DNA of 64,000 bases from Psammoneis japonica (Eukaryota). Position 1 is the first letter of the stretch; each line of letters begins with the position of its first letter. The notes under the pieces are model-generated. The model was not told the origin of the DNA. It saw only the letters and a list, made by a program, of their open reading frames with translations, and ran no database searches. Below, one piece after another: positions 37,130-50,349 of this stretch. The position numbers and the translations under genes were made by a program. The stretch lies in assembly GCA_008632985.1 (NCBI GenBank), contig QPGO01000003.1, positions 868,001 through 932,000 on the forward strand, in the 5' to 3' direction.

Positions 37130-39530
37130 TTGTCAAAGGTCACACTGCCATTCCTTTCAACGTTTGTGAGGGTTGGGCTTCTTGTCTGCCTTTCCCACAA
37201 CTGTCCGTTCTGGTCAGAGGCGCGACACCCTCAGATTGTTGCGAAACGCGCTCTTCTTGCAAATCTTCCATGAAGTCATCCACCACGTAAAGAGGTTTTG
37301 GTGAAATCAGGGCCCAATTAAAACATCTTTTGTTCAACACAAAATCATGGTGTGTGGCAGGCGTGGAGCTGGGAAAACAATGGCAGCAACTGAGGCTCTG
37401 TTTTGGACAAGCGACAGGCACGACAACAAGGTGGAGTCTCGCGGCTGCGAACATGCAACTGCAGAAATGAAAGAACATTGGAAAAACTTGTTCAATCCTG
37501 TGAACCTGACCCACATGCAGCATGTCTGTCTCAAGATCAAGAGCGCCTGCAAACCTCTTGTTGTCGCGGCTTCTTCCGCCGAAGCACAGGGTGAGTCAAA
37601 AACAGTGCTGAGGAGCTTGCTGCATTCTTGCAAGACAGAATCACAGCACAACACAAAACGCATTTGACTTGCTGTCAATGTGTCATCTTCTTGTGCCAAC
37701 CTCCACATGAAGACAATCTTCACAGTGCTTTGAGCATGTCCCGCATGTTTTTGTTGGACTCCTCACCCCAAATGAAGCACATGCCCTCATTTGGTAGAAG
37801 AGTTGCCGTCAAAGTGGGCTCAAACACAGAAACGGACAGTGTCACTTAAGATCACTTCAAAGCTGGGGTGTCACATTCTTTCTGTCAATGCAGCAGATGT
37901 GGGAGTTTGTTCAGCGCAGCTGGAAAAGGCAGTCTCCAGCTGGGTCTGGAGCGCCATGGTGCGTGTGGGGCATGCTTGGAGCACCAGTGCAAGAGCTCCA
38001 GACTTCAGGACACCACACCTGTTGGCTTGAACACTCAGCACTCCTTTTGTGAGTGTCAGGAAACCAGTGGGAAATGATGTCCTTTCTGGGCTTGGAGCAA
38101 CAGCAAAGACAAATCGACATCCCGGGAACGCTTGCCACCACAGCTTGTGGTCACTCAAGGCATCCATCCAGACCTGAAGCAACCTTGCAATGCTCTGTGA
38201 AGCATGCCATGCTGCGCTGGAGCGCGCCACAGTGATGACACCAATTGCATCATGCCCAGGCAAGTGCTTTTGAAAAATGAGGTTTTGAAGCAAAAAGAGG
38301 GAAAAAAGGGGGGTTTTGAAATTGTTCCTGCATTTTGGAGTGTGGGACGGGACCTGTTTTGGGTCACAAAGCAAAAAAGTGGTGATGGTTGATGAAAGTC
38401 ATGCATGAAAGACAGTCAAATTTTCAGAATGTGTCACAGGTGCAATGGACAATGCCCCCAGTGTGCGCCAAGAATGACGTGCACAAAATCTCCCCAATGG
38501 AGTTTTTGCCAAAAATCCACACAGTCTGCAACCTGGTCTTGTTGGGGATGCAAAACATGCACCCTCGGCAGACCAAGTTGGTTGTTGCCAACATGCAGCA
38601 TTGGTGCACTCATGGCAGCCTTCAGATGATGCACCTCCTTGCACAGTGAGGTTTGCTCCTGCGATGGCTGCTTTGGCCCCAAAAATCTCCCAATGCCGGC
38701 ACCCCCCCACCCACCTGATCCACTGTGGCATGTGCGGCACAGTGCAGCCCACCTGGACTGGCATGTTAATTTTGCCAATGTTTTCCCTTTGTTGAAGGTC
38801 ACACTGACACTCCTTTAAATCTTTCTGATGGGGTGGGCTTGTCTGCCTTTCTTGCAATGGCTCGTTTGGTGGGTCAGGTGTGAGGACGCCTTTGGATTGT
38901 TGAAAGGTGCTGTTTTTTTGCAAATCTTCCAGAAAATCTCCTGCCATGCAACAAGGTCTTCAGTGAATTCAGGGCCCAATTGAAACATTCTTTGTTCAAT
39001 GCAGTCACCATGGTGTGCGGCAGACATGGAGCTGGAAAACAATGGCAATCAAAGCTGTTTTTTGGACAAGCAACAAGGCCATGACAGGGTAGAGTCTCAT
39101 GGCAGATGTGCACGAATCTGCAACTGTGGAAATGAAAGAACTTTGGAAAGACTCATGTTCAATCCTGTGGACCCAACCCATGTGCAAGATGTCTGTCTCA
39201 GGATCAAGAATGCCTGCAAACCTCTTGTTGTCATGGTTTCCATTGAAGCACATGCCAAGCCAAAAACGCTGGGGAGCTCACCACATTTTTGCAAGACAAA
39301 ATCGCACAACACAAAAAGCACTCAATCTGTTGTGGATGTGTCACCTTCTTCTCAACAAGAAGACAGACTTCAAAGCATTTCAAGCATGGCACATTCCACA
39401 TTGTTGTTGGACCCCTCACCCCAAGTGATGCAAGCACATTTCCATTTGATGGAAGAGCTGTCATCAAATTAGACTCAAACCCAGAAACAGACAGCATCAC
39501 TTGAGATCACTTCAAATCTGGGGTGTCTTG
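37130..39530. repeat. Two diverged copies (~37130-37875 and ~38790-39530) of an eroded ~750 bp segment
   Basis: Shared anchors AAGGTCACACTG, CAGGGCCCAATT, GGAGCTGGAAAACAATGGCA, CTGCAAACCTCTTGTTGTC, AGATCACTTCAAA-CTGGGGTGTC; both copies are TA-poor. Confidence 0.75.
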
Positions 39531-40305
39531 TTCTTGCTCTCAATGTCATCTGTGCCGAACTGTCAGACGGAATGAGCACTGATGAAGCACTGAGAGTTGT
39601 GCATGCAACCTGCCAAGAATGCAAGAACAGTGCTTTGAATCGACTTGGCAAGTTTTACAGCTTCGCAGCTGTCAAGTTGAAGAAACTGCCAGACAGTCCA
39701 CGCTCTCTGGTTCTATAAAGATGTGATGGTCTGGACACAAATGGAATCCGAAGCCTCATTGCATGCCTCACTGTCACCAGCTTTGCGACCCCAATCAAAG
39801 GACTTGGTTCACCCCACATCTTTGAAATCAACCCTTCCTCAGAAGAAGTGACACTGGGCGGATCAGGGATGAAGGATGTTTTTCTGGAGCATTGTCGAGA
39901 ATAAATTTGCCTGCAGATCACAGTCGGAGTGGCGAAGCAGGATTGAACACATAATGAACATTGCCAACTTATTGCAACTCACGGGTGCCCGGGGTTTCAA
40001 ATCGAACGACTCTCTAGCTAGAACTATCGGCAAAAGTTGTTTTGGTGGGAATGAAAGGAAACCGACTCTATTGTCTCCCCGGTCTACGTCTCTTTCTGCC
40101 ATGCGGTACTCTCCATGTGGGAGTTCGGACAACACAATTTCGAAAAACTCAATGGCGCACCATTCCGCCACAGCAAAGTACAGTAGCTACTCACTCCCAT
40201 TGTCACGGAATCAAATATTCTATTGTTTTTAGTACATCCACCGTCATGCATACACAATATCTCTAAAGCAACAAAAGCCCTCTTCATGCAGCCACGCCAT
40301 TTTCT

Positions 40306-42496
40306 TCAATGACTCGGAGGATCCGACAAGAGAAGATGCGTCGGTTCATTCTGTCCATCATCCACGGTCGTCATTTCTTTCTTGTCCATGAGACAGACCC
40401 GCTCTTCGTGACAACCGTACGCGTGTGGTGTCATTTTAATCACGGAATGCAACGGAATGGATACATACGGTGCATCCTTGCGGTCCAGGCCCATAAAGTA
40501 GGCATAAATAATGCGCAAAATGCCCTGATGGGCAACAATGAGAATGGGTTCACGGGTGCGTTCCATTTCGTGTGCCAATGGTTCCAACCGTAACGTCACG
40601 TCCATGTAGGATTCGCCTGAATTGTAAATTATTGTGAAAACGGGGGAGAGTGGTGTTGACCATATTTGTAGGTTGCACGGCGGCGACGTGTGTGAGCGGA
40701 TGCGACATCATGTTGTAAACGAGACAGGGCGAAATAACATCATCATCATCATGTGGAATCATCATTGGGCAATTGTTGTTCATCTTGACCATCAAAGAAA
40801 TCTTCCTTGTCCATGAGACAATGTTCCTTGACATGACATCCGTAGGCATGAGGCGTCAATTCGAGAATATTATTGAGAGGAACCTTGACGTAGGGAGCCA
40901 TGTTTCGATCCACTCCCATAAAGTAGGCATAGATAATTCTCAAAATGCCTTGATGACACACAATCAAGACGGGTTCTCGGGTCCGTTCCATTTCGAGTGC
41001 GATGGGTTCGACACGCAAAATGACATCCATATAAGACTCACCTTTTTTAGTATCATTGTTGAAGATTATGGGTTGAATACCACAGAAATACAATGATATA
41101 ACAAGACTCAATCAAATTGAGCAAGAACTTCCCATTCAATACACACACACTCATTACAAAAAAAATAATAAACTCACCTCGCGGATACCGGTACGCGAGT
41201 TTGTCGTGTTGACGTCTTGCAAATTCTTCGGGAAACAATTCTTCAATCTCCTTATAGGTCATGCCATCGCACGTTCCGGCATACAATTCATCCAGATTAC
41301 GCCGTGCCATGGGACGGAATTGCATCCACGGTCCCGATTCGTCATTGTCCCAACGGTGTTGCATCATGTCGTGCTCGATAAATTGCGCCGTCTCCTTGGT
41401 ACGACGCAGTGTGGACGTCCAAAGACGAGCCGGGCGTTGTTTGGTCACCTCCAAACCCGTTTCTTCATCCACGTGGGTTTCGACGGCAATGTGCTCCTTG
41501 GCAAACTTGGCAAGGCGTCGGGCATACTCGGTTCCGGCCGGTGTCAGACCCGAATCTCCACCAATTTTGCCCAACAAGTTGTATTCGCTTTGACCGTGTC
41601 GGGTTAGGAAAAAGGTGCGAGGCAAGAGGTGCAAATTCATCACAAAATGCACAACCTTGAGGGGTAGATATCCCCGAATGTTGTTCACGACGAATCGGCT
41701 GCAATCATAAATCTTGACAAAGGCACCATCCTGTTCGTCAATGGGTTCATAGACGGATTCATATTGGGCACGACGTTCCTTGAAATCCGCCATGGCCTTC
41801 TTGTACTCCATATCACGATAATCCGGTGTGGAGAGCTTCACTTTTTTAATATTTTCTTCGAGAATCTGTAAGAGAGTGGAACAAATAGGAATACTTTAGT
41901 GACTTGTAGATACATCACAACAAACATCCATACAAAACAAACAACACAAACACTCATACCTGTTCGGATTCACAAATGCTTTCAATAAACATTTTCTTAC
42001 ACCCAATCCCGGCCCGTTCGAGTGTTTCGACGATATGCACACGCCGATCACGCGTCGTGTTGGTCGCATCAAAGGCTGCCACACGCACACCATCCTTTTT
42101 CATGAATTGTACCAAATCCGCCAAGGCCGCATCACAGGCTTGATGACGTGCGGCCACCGCTTCGGCATTGGTGGGATCATAAAACGAAGCCGGCAATTGT
42201 GCTCCACACATTTGACGACGGTAATCGCCCACATTGAAAATTTGAGATGGAATGTCGTGGAAGAAGCTTAGGAAACGACAAATGCGTTTGGCCACGTGCG
42301 TCTTGCCCGTGGCGGGCAAACCCACCATGATAATGACGAGCTTGTCCGTGGCTGTGCTTCCAATCACTTCGAGCGGAGCGGCGTTTTCGCCTTCGGCGAG
42401 CGTGTGGGGCATGGGATTGTCTACCATGGTGCTGATGCTAGCAGAAGATGATGTAGTGGAGGAGGAAACGGGCTTTTGAGTTGGGTCGGGTGCCAT
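40306..42496 (-). CDS. PFKFB: 6-phosphofructo-2-kinase/fructose-2,6-bisphosphatase; exons 42496-41960 and 41865-41178, then terminal exon 41041-40749 or 40616-40306
   Basis: MVGLPATGKT P-loop, FNVGDYRR, FDATNTT, LTRHGQSEYN, YRYPRGESY and (C/A)HQG motifs; GT-AG introns in phase. Confidence 0.93.
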
Positions 42497-42948
42497 TGTA
42501 ACATATATATTAGAGTATAAGAAGAAGGCTTGAGTTCAGCGTCAATGCTGTTGTTGTTGTTGTTGTTGTGAGTTGTGAAGCGAAGCGGCATGCGGTCACA
42601 TGCGCGGTCACAACGCTGGCAAAGTTCGTTTTGAAAATTTCGGTCGTTGAGAAGGCTCTTGTGTACAATCTACGTAAGATTGGTAATGAAGCAATTGATT
42701 CGTGATTTTGTATGCTAAGAATTTCAAAAATGACGTCATCAAAACGGACAGCAATCATTCTGTCTGTCCCTCAGCCGTCAGTGACTCATTGATTGCGGCT
42801 TTCTCAAACTCCACGTAGAATCAGTACCAGGTCATACTGTGGATCGGCGCTGTCACGCACGACTTCAACTCAAAAGATACGCACCGTTGTTTTTTGTTGT
42901 TGTGCTGTTGTTGTTGCTAGCACTGTTGGCTTGATTTGTTGTATCACC

Positions 42949-43631
42949 ATGAAGTTGTCCTTGCTCTGTTCTGCTGCTCTTTTGGGTGCTGTTACTGCCT
43001 TTGCTCCCTCTGTTCACACTGGACGTGGCGCAACGTGTTTGGCTGCCACGACGAATCGCAGGAATTTTGTGCAGACAACCGTTGCCATTGGATCGGCTAC
43101 AGCAACGACGCTAGTACTCCCGACTGCAGCCTTTGCCAAAGAGTATGTACCCAAGTTTGACGATGTCAAAATTATTCTAGTTTTGGTGAGTGTGTGACTG
43201 TGTTGTGTGTTCATTGATTTTTGACAAAACACATCACTGTTAACCAACTCACTCTTTTCTTTGTTCAGGGCATGTCCTTGGATCGGTTGATTGCCAAAAT
43301 GGAGGACCCCGACAAGATTGGTGCCGCCTTGGAAAATTTGGGTACGTTTAATCGCGATCCCGACTTTTATCCCGGGTACGCCAAGAATTTTATTTCCAAA
43401 ACTGTGAAAAAACGTGCCGACGAAGATGTGAGGGTGGGGTACATGAAGCAAGCGTGCAAGCTCATTGGATCGACGGAAGAATTGTTGGCCAGTGCTGCCG
43501 TGGACAAGAGTGCCGCGACCGAAGCCATTGATCGTGTAAAGAAAGCGCAGCAACTTATTGCCAAGTTTTTAGCCGAAAGTGGTGTCGAGGATGAAAATGT
43601 GGCCAAGTTTGTGGCGGAACACAAGTCGTAA
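42949..43631 (+). CDS. Predicted thylakoid-lumen protein (signal peptide, transit peptide, twin-arginine signal); intron 43186-43268
   Basis: MKLSLLCSAALLGAVTA-FAP, TNRRNF, hydrophobic stretch ending AFA; helical mature domain. Confidence 0.8.
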
Positions 43632-43864
43632 TGCGTGAGGACGTATAGCATGATAATATATTTGACCAAGCTAGCGAGAAACTAACAAACTAATGTATAG
43701 CTACAATGAATTGCTGCAGGTTATTATCAATGGATTGCTACAGTTACGACTATATAGTCAATCCAATCAACGTGCTCATAAACGTCTGTCTTGTTTGCCT
43801 TTACAACTATTTCTTCTGTAAGAGTCGGCTCAATAGACTGCATTCTGTTCCATATGCATTCTAA

Positions 43865-44980
43865 TTATTTAGTCTCAGTAGACTCAGTAGCAGCTGTACC
43901 CTTTTCAATCAAATCAACTTGCTCCTCTGCATCCTTCTCACTCTTGTTTATCGCTGTTGGCTTCACGGGATTCTTCGTCACAGAAGTGTCTTCTATGGGA
44001 GTCGGATCAAATGCATAATTGCAAATGGATACAATCACCAGCATGCCACCAATGACCATGACGGGTGTCATGATCCCACCCAACCACATGTTATCAATCG
44101 AGGCACTCAGCACAATAGCCGATGTGGTGGCAAGCGTCTTGACGACGGAATCACCGTGCTTGATGGCAAGCGCCACGAGAAGACCACCGGCCGCGCCCAC
44201 GACCGCCAACATGACGGCCACGGGGGACCATCCACCGCCGTAGCCCACGTCGCCACCGCCTCCGGCCACGATGAAACACATGTAAATCGGAAAACTTCCC
44301 AATGCCAATTGAAAGTTGCGTTCCCAAATGCCTAGTTTGGCACTTTCGGGATCATCCTTGATGACTTTTTCAAAGTAAATGGAACAAAAGCCACTCAACG
44401 TGACTTCGGTAACGCATGCAATAATTCCCACAATAACGGCACTCTTGTGTTCCGGCTTGGGTCGATTCGAGTCCTCGACGGACCAAATGGGTTCGGTAAA
44501 CAAGATGACTCCCAGCATGAGGGTAAACAAGGCTCTCCATCGGGACCACGAGTAACTTCGTTTCAGTATAAATGTACTACACAGTGCCGTGGATAGAATT
44601 TTGCATTGCGCCAAAATCGTAAAGGTTCCAGCATCAATGGTCCGTAGTGCGACAAAGCCCAATATATTCATGAGTCCATAAATACACGCCAACAGAATCA
44701 TTTTGCGACTGGATAAAAGGAGAAACCACAAGTACTTGACTCGAGATTTTGTTTGTTCGGACGGAACGGAAACCATAAAGATGGAAAAGATCAATTTCAA
44801 AACTTCTGCCACGAGCAACACTTCATGCTTGGAGTAGGTTTCTTGCAACACCCCGAGGGAATACCGTCGCAGCGTCGTGTACATTGTATTCTGAAGACAT
44901 AACAACACCAACACAAGCAGTTTGGTCTTGTTGATGCTGTCGAGTACTTCTGAAATCGATGAGAGTGAAATCAACGTCAT
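43865..44980 (-). CDS. Nucleotide-sugar transporter (SLC35A family)
   Basis: Multi-TM protein; AEVLKL, DAGTFTILAQCKILSTA, SGFCSIYFEKVIK, IWERNFQL, GGLLVALAIKHGDSVVK. Confidence 0.92.
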   Translation of the reverse strand: MTLISLSSISEVLDSINKTKLLVLVLLCLQNTMYTTLRRYSLGVLQETYSKHEVLLVAEVLKLIFSIFMVSVPSEQTKSRVKYLWFLLLSSRKMILLACIYGLMNILGFVALRTIDAGTFTILAQCKILSTALCSTFILKRSYSWSRWRALFTLMLGVILFTEPIWSVEDSNRPKPEHKSAVIVGIIACVTEVTLSGFCSIYFEKVIKDDPESAKLGIWERNFQLALGSFPIYMCFIVAGGGGDVGYGGGWSPVAVMLAVVGAAGGLLVALAIKHGDSVVKTLATTSAIVLSASIDNMWLGGIMTPVMVIGGMLVIVSICNYAFDPTPIEDTSVTKNPVKPTAINKSEKDAEEQVDLIEKGTAATESTETK

Positions 44981-45224
44981 GGTTGTTGTTGTTTACAATG
45001 TGGTACGAACATGAGTCGCGGGAGGAAAAATGCGACCATTTTTCGGGCCGTTGGGAGGAACAAAATTTCGCTTTTTTGATTTAGTCTTGCGTCCGATCAC
45101 GTAGAAGTTGGTACAAAACCTACGTTCGGTCATTGCTGTAAACTGACCGGGCCTCGCGTCACCTTGTTCCATTATTTTAGGCGATCATGCTGCAAATGCG
45201 TGGTGTACGTGTGTTCCCATCTAT

Positions 45225-46650
45225 CCTGCCTGCCTGCCTGTCCTGTGCCTGCGCCTGTGGCGCCTGTGGGACTCTGGAGTTTGACTCGAGCTGGGCCCAG
45301 TCACAAGATGTTCAATGCAATGCATTGTGGAGATGGTTGACAGTGTGAGAAGAAGGTTCTTGTGGAGCCACAAAGCTGCTGAGCCGGGGAGCACAACAAA
45401 CAAGCCACGCCCCCAGATTGCAGCAAGAAACGTCGCCAGTTGCCACACAAACATGTGACCCACATCACTGGCCTGATTGGTTTGAGCGACCTGAAAGCCC
45501 TCAAATCTCCTCTGTCACTGCTGCACAAGGACATGTGCAAGAAAAAACAGCAGCCCCCATGGCACGACGTGTTCCAGCACCAGGTGATGTGCAAAACGAC
45601 AACTCTGTCAGTTTGCACATGTTGGCCACACTTGGCACCAATTGCCCCAAACTCCAGCATGTCAAAAATGCCTTGTCCATGCTCCAGGGAGCTGTTTTCT
45701 CAATGAGAAGCAAATTCCCAAAGTGGTGCCCAACACACATCATGACAGTGAGCGTGGTTGCGCACACAGCAACAGCAGGTGCTTTCCACCTTGTTGTGGC
45801 AACAAAAGTGCACCATCAGAGCCCCCGCATTTTCCGTTTCTCTCTTGTCCAGTGCAATGGCTGCCAACTGATGGAGATTTTGGCAACTTTCAAGTGCAAA
45901 GTCATCATTGTTGCATCCTCTTTTTTGGCCATTTTGACCTCTTGCTCAAAAGAGCAGCACTCGCGACATGAAAACAACGCTGTTGAACCCTTCATGTCCA
46001 TCCAAGCCAGCTTGTGTCATCATTTCTACATCACACAGATCTGTCAAAGTGACCTCATGCAGCAACTTTTGGGTGAATGCAGTGGGTCTGTTTTGGCATG
46101 AAATGTGCCACACAACTGAACAGCAGTTCTTTCATGACACATGTGTCACATCTGCTGTTTCATGTTGTCAACTGGCACACCACTTTCATGGAAGATTGAG
46201 TCTTGCTGTTGCGATGCAGATGGATGCCAATGTGGTGGGATGCAACACTGGTGCAGCACATGACAGGACGCTCATCAACAGACTGTCCAATTGTCAAGCT
46301 AAGACTGCACAGCAAAGATTGTCATCCTCAACCACTGTTGGTGGGACAACATGATGTCTCCAGTGGATGCATCCCAATGAGGTTTATACACTTCCAACCT
46401 GCCTGTCTGGAAGTTTCTTCACTGCCGCAAGTGCTCCTGGAGAGGCGCAGGATTGCGACGACCCTTCGACGTGCGTTGTTTTGGCGAGTTGCGCAAACTG
46501 AGAGAGCATGCTTTACAATGCAATGTGGTTTTCCAAGACGAATTCAAATCCCGTCGTCGGCGATTGCTCGAGTGACGTTTCCACATGCCACTCGAGATTG
46601 GAATGTTTCACTGTGTTGTGAAGAGTTGCAATGACCGGTGGAAAAAAAGA
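45225..46650. other. TA-depleted tract 6 (unclassified degenerate insertion)
   Basis: Essentially no TA from ~45225 to ~46025 and very few after; lies between two TA-normal genes. Confidence 0.8.
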
Positions 46651-46835
46651 ATGGGGTGTGCTCCGGACGAGTGTATGCTCTTTGACATAACGCGTGTGAT
46701 TTCTCATCTTTTCGTTATTTTATTTGTCGTCTATCCCCCTTTTTCGACAAGAGAGAACAACTGGTCGGCATTCGATCGAGTCCAGAAACAACCTCTGTCT
46801 CGCAGAAGTATTGTTTCACATCCATTGCTGCTGTT

Positions 46836-47582
46836 TTATGTAATGACGGGTCGTTGTTCGTACCGTACCTTGGGATCATCGGGTAGTTTCCATGCACAGG
46901 GGGTCATATAGCTCCTGTATAAAACAAAGTTTCGCATCATAAATCGAAGCATCATGGCGGGAGGAAACGATTTATGGCCTTGTTGTTGAATGTCTTGATT
47001 TTTTGCCCATTGGGTATTTACAATATATATGGGTTCCGGCATGATTGATTCTTCTTCCACAATGTTTCCGACAAAGAATCCAACAGAGGGAAAGTTTCGC
47101 CAACAGGCGGAAAACATGGGAGTGTTGCAACAAGTAGCATGTCCCCGAAACATGATTTGAGGATGATGTGGCGCAATCTTGGGATCCAATACGGTCCACT
47201 GCAATTTGTCAGTCGAGCCTTCTTTTGCCTCGGTAATTTCCGACTTGAACACCTGACACACGTGGCATCCCCCGTCGTCGTCCATGAGTGTTGCTGCTTT
47301 CTTATTCTCCTTGCTGTTATCGTTTGTTTCATTTTTATCGGTCACCCACTTGACGTAGCCTTGACAATCATCGCAATAACACAACAACGGCAAAGCGTGT
47401 GTGGAACTGATCCGAAAACGAACATCACCACAATTGCACGCAATCTCCACTTGCAGCGGGGCGGGCTTTCTTGTGTCCTTGTTGTTTCGACGTTTCATCC
47501 ACCAGGCCAACGAAGCTGCCGCTACTAACGATGTTGTTGCAACCAACACGGGCGTCTTATTGTCAGCAGAAATCATCGTCAT
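46836..47582 (-). CDS. GFA/Mss4-like zinc-binding protein with N-terminal membrane anchor
   Basis: IACNCGDVRF, LCYCDDCQ and HATCCNTPM cysteine pattern. Confidence 0.75.
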   Translation of the reverse strand: MTMISADNKTPVLVATTSLVAAASLAWWMKRRNNKDTRKPAPLQVEIACNCGDVRFRISSTHALPLLCYCDDCQGYVKWVTDKNETNDNSKENKKAATLMDDDGGCHVCQVFKSEITEAKEGSTDKLQWTVLDPKIAPHHPQIMFRGHATCCNTPMFSACWRNFPSVGFFVGNIVEEESIMPEPIYIVNTQWAKNQDIQQQGHKSFPPAMMLRFMMRNFVLYRSYMTPCAWKLPDDPKVRYEQRPVIT

Positions 47583-48154
47583 GGCGAAGAATTATCACCA
47601 GAATGCGATGTGCGTTCATGCTCTGCGCGCGCAACACGACTTTTTGCCCGCACGAACGGAGCTGGCAAGGAAGCTGCGGGAAAATCAGGTTATGAGCCAA
47701 AACTAGCGCTCTGATGCTGTCGTGAAACAAGACTGTGTCGTGCGCTGGGTAGGCCATCCACGACCCCATGTTGGCGGAAACAGTCTGCGTGCGGTTCACG
47801 TGAAAGACGCGTTTTTTCAAGAGAACAAGACGATTTCGGCCCTCTAGTTCAAGTTTAAGCCTAGGACCAGATTTAATTCTTGATGGGGTGCTGCCACCAC
47901 AATTGAGAGCCATTGAGCAGCCAGTTTGCATGATGGCAGTGACACAGAAATCTGATGGAAAGAAAATGCAAAAATGAGTGCGCTGCGGCACAGCATTTTT
48001 GTCCGCATTTGGAATCCCTGTCGCAGGCTCCAGCAGCTTACAACAGATGCATCATGCACAGCATCTAAACACACATCATGACTGATGAAAAGAAACAGTT
48101 TGCCATCCATTGCAAATGGAGACAGTGCAGATTGCAGCAACATGCCATTGCGAT

Positions 48155-49277
48155 TCAATCCCTGCGAAATTGCGACCCCGACTGAACCTTGTCTGGCTTC
48201 GGCAATGGAACGTCTTTCGGACTCGGCTTCAGATTTCCACACAAATCTTCTGTGCTAAAAAGACCTTTGCCATGCTCAAATGACAATTGTGCCGCAACAG
48301 CGCAGGCACGGAAACATTGGCCATGCAGGCGGATGTCGTGACGAAAGCGTTGCGAAAGACACCCAAACAGCTTGAGACGATCATTTGCCGTCTCTTGTTT
48401 GTTGCGCACAGCCCCTCTTGCCTTGGCGACAACTTTTGGCTCCATGTGGCGAATCCCACTCGTGCTCTTTACACACTCCGGGTCCTCCGCTCCGTAGCCG
48501 TCATCGGCTTCAACCCTCTCGTTCTCTCCCAAATGGTGCTTGACAGAGTGACGGAAGATTTCGAGATCGGGCCAATCTCCACAAGGAAATGGCCCGTTGA
48601 TCCACACAATGTTGCCGGTCAAAATGCACACACAAACTTCACACCGGAGGCCAGCCTTTTTGAACTTGAAAGAATGAAATGCCTTTGGGTTTTTCCCTTG
48701 GCTGGTCGCTTGACAATCGGTGCAATCGACTGTCGCCAAGCAGTCGAGGCCCTTGTCTCCAACGAGACGATTCGACCACACAATCTGTGAAATCCGCAGA
48801 GGAAAAGGTTAGACTGAGCATCATTCACATGACACAATCAGGCTGAAAACTCACCACTTCGAACTCCAGGTGCGAAACTCGGTCAATGAAGAACCAACCC
48901 CACTTGCGAAACATCTGTTCGTCAACTCCGCCGCATTTACAAGCAAGGTCTTCTTCGGTTTTGCATGTTTTCACCAAAAGCAATGCCCAGAGCAGATGAA
49001 CTGGCTTTGCATGTTTCTCATCTTTATCTGGCTCTGATTCTGGGTCGGGAACGCCAATCCTCAGCCTGGTCCAGACGTCGACACAGACAGCGGGCTCAAC
49101 AGCAAAGTGAGATGTCCACCGTCAGTCGAACACCACTTCGCTCCCAGTCCACGGGTGGCAGTTCATGATTTCACTGCCAAGTTCAATGAATGTGTCGTGG
49201 TTGGGACCCAGCTTCTTCTTTGTGGGGGGTCCTGCCGCGGCATCGCCCTGTGGGCGTCGTCGAGTCAACGACATCGT
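48155..49277 (-). mobile_element. PIF/Harbinger-ISL2EU-type DDE transposase pseudogene
   Basis: TVDCTDC, FHSFKFKKAGLRCEV, GNIVWINGPFPCG-WPD, VEADDGY, QETANDRLK; N-terminal HLLWALLLVK segment; frameshifts and stops. Confidence 0.85.
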
Positions 49278-50349
49278 GGAGTGTCGTTTTCTCCGCAAAA
49301 CTGGGCCCGCCAAGATGGATGCAACATCAATGATTCTTACACAGTCTCGAATGTGCATTTTTTGGTGAGCCGTTAAAAGTCATGCTTTGATGCAGTGCGG
49401 TTGTGCGACGACACAGGCGAACGCTTTCGAACTGCTTCGCACAGCACCGTGATGTGCGATGCTCAACAGCTGTGATTTGAATTAGAGTTCTCAATCCATT
49501 GAGGTCACATGACAAAATGCAACACATTGGCTTGTGTGTGTGTGAAGTGTGGTTTTTGCATCTGTGGATGTGCAATTTTTCAGAATCTGGAATTTTGACC
49601 GGACTTTTCGATTTTGACCGAAAAGAGAAAGTCCGGTCAAAATTCAAATTTTCGGTCAAAATGAGCCGAAAAAAAAGAGGTGTTTTCGGCTCACTTCAGT
49701 GGCCTGCTGTCTGTAACCAAAGCCCGTTTGATGGCAGGCCGATGCTTGTTCAAGGAGCACCACACAACTGCTGTTCAGAATCATCCTTCTTCATGTTGTC
49801 TGCGGATTAAATCCAAAGATGTACAAGGTTGCACAGACATGAAAAAACTGACCTGAAAATGGTTTTCAGCTCACTTCAGCCTCATTCACATTTTGTGTGA
49901 TTGCATCAGACGGCAGTGCTGAGGCACTTTCTGATTGCTTGTTTGTGCAACTCTTTGATGGTGTGTCATTGTGTTGTCCAACGGCCTTTCGTGTGAAGAT
50001 GGGAAGGATTGAAGTGACCGGAAAATGAAAAAGACCTGTTTGAAATTTCGGGCCGAATTCGATTTTTCCGGTCGGATTAATCGGACATTTGTTGCTTGAC
50101 CAGAATTCTCTCAACTGACCGGAAATTTGGCGTTGATGTCCAATGATCACATTCAGTTTTAAAGCTGTCATTGTCAGTGTTGCCACAAAAGCTTGCATGT
50201 GATTTCATTGCATGTCTCTGCGTCACTTGCACAACGAAAACGTGGCATGGTGCATGCAGGCAGCCCAAACGAAGTCTCTCGATGGCTTTCGAAGAACAAA
50301 GCCAAGGCTCCACGCTCACTCAGGAGCCAAGATGCAGACGCATCCACCC

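Noticed and set aside
39655..40290. Possible gene downstream of PFKFB
   Set aside because: Only short discontinuous ORFs with no recognisable motif.
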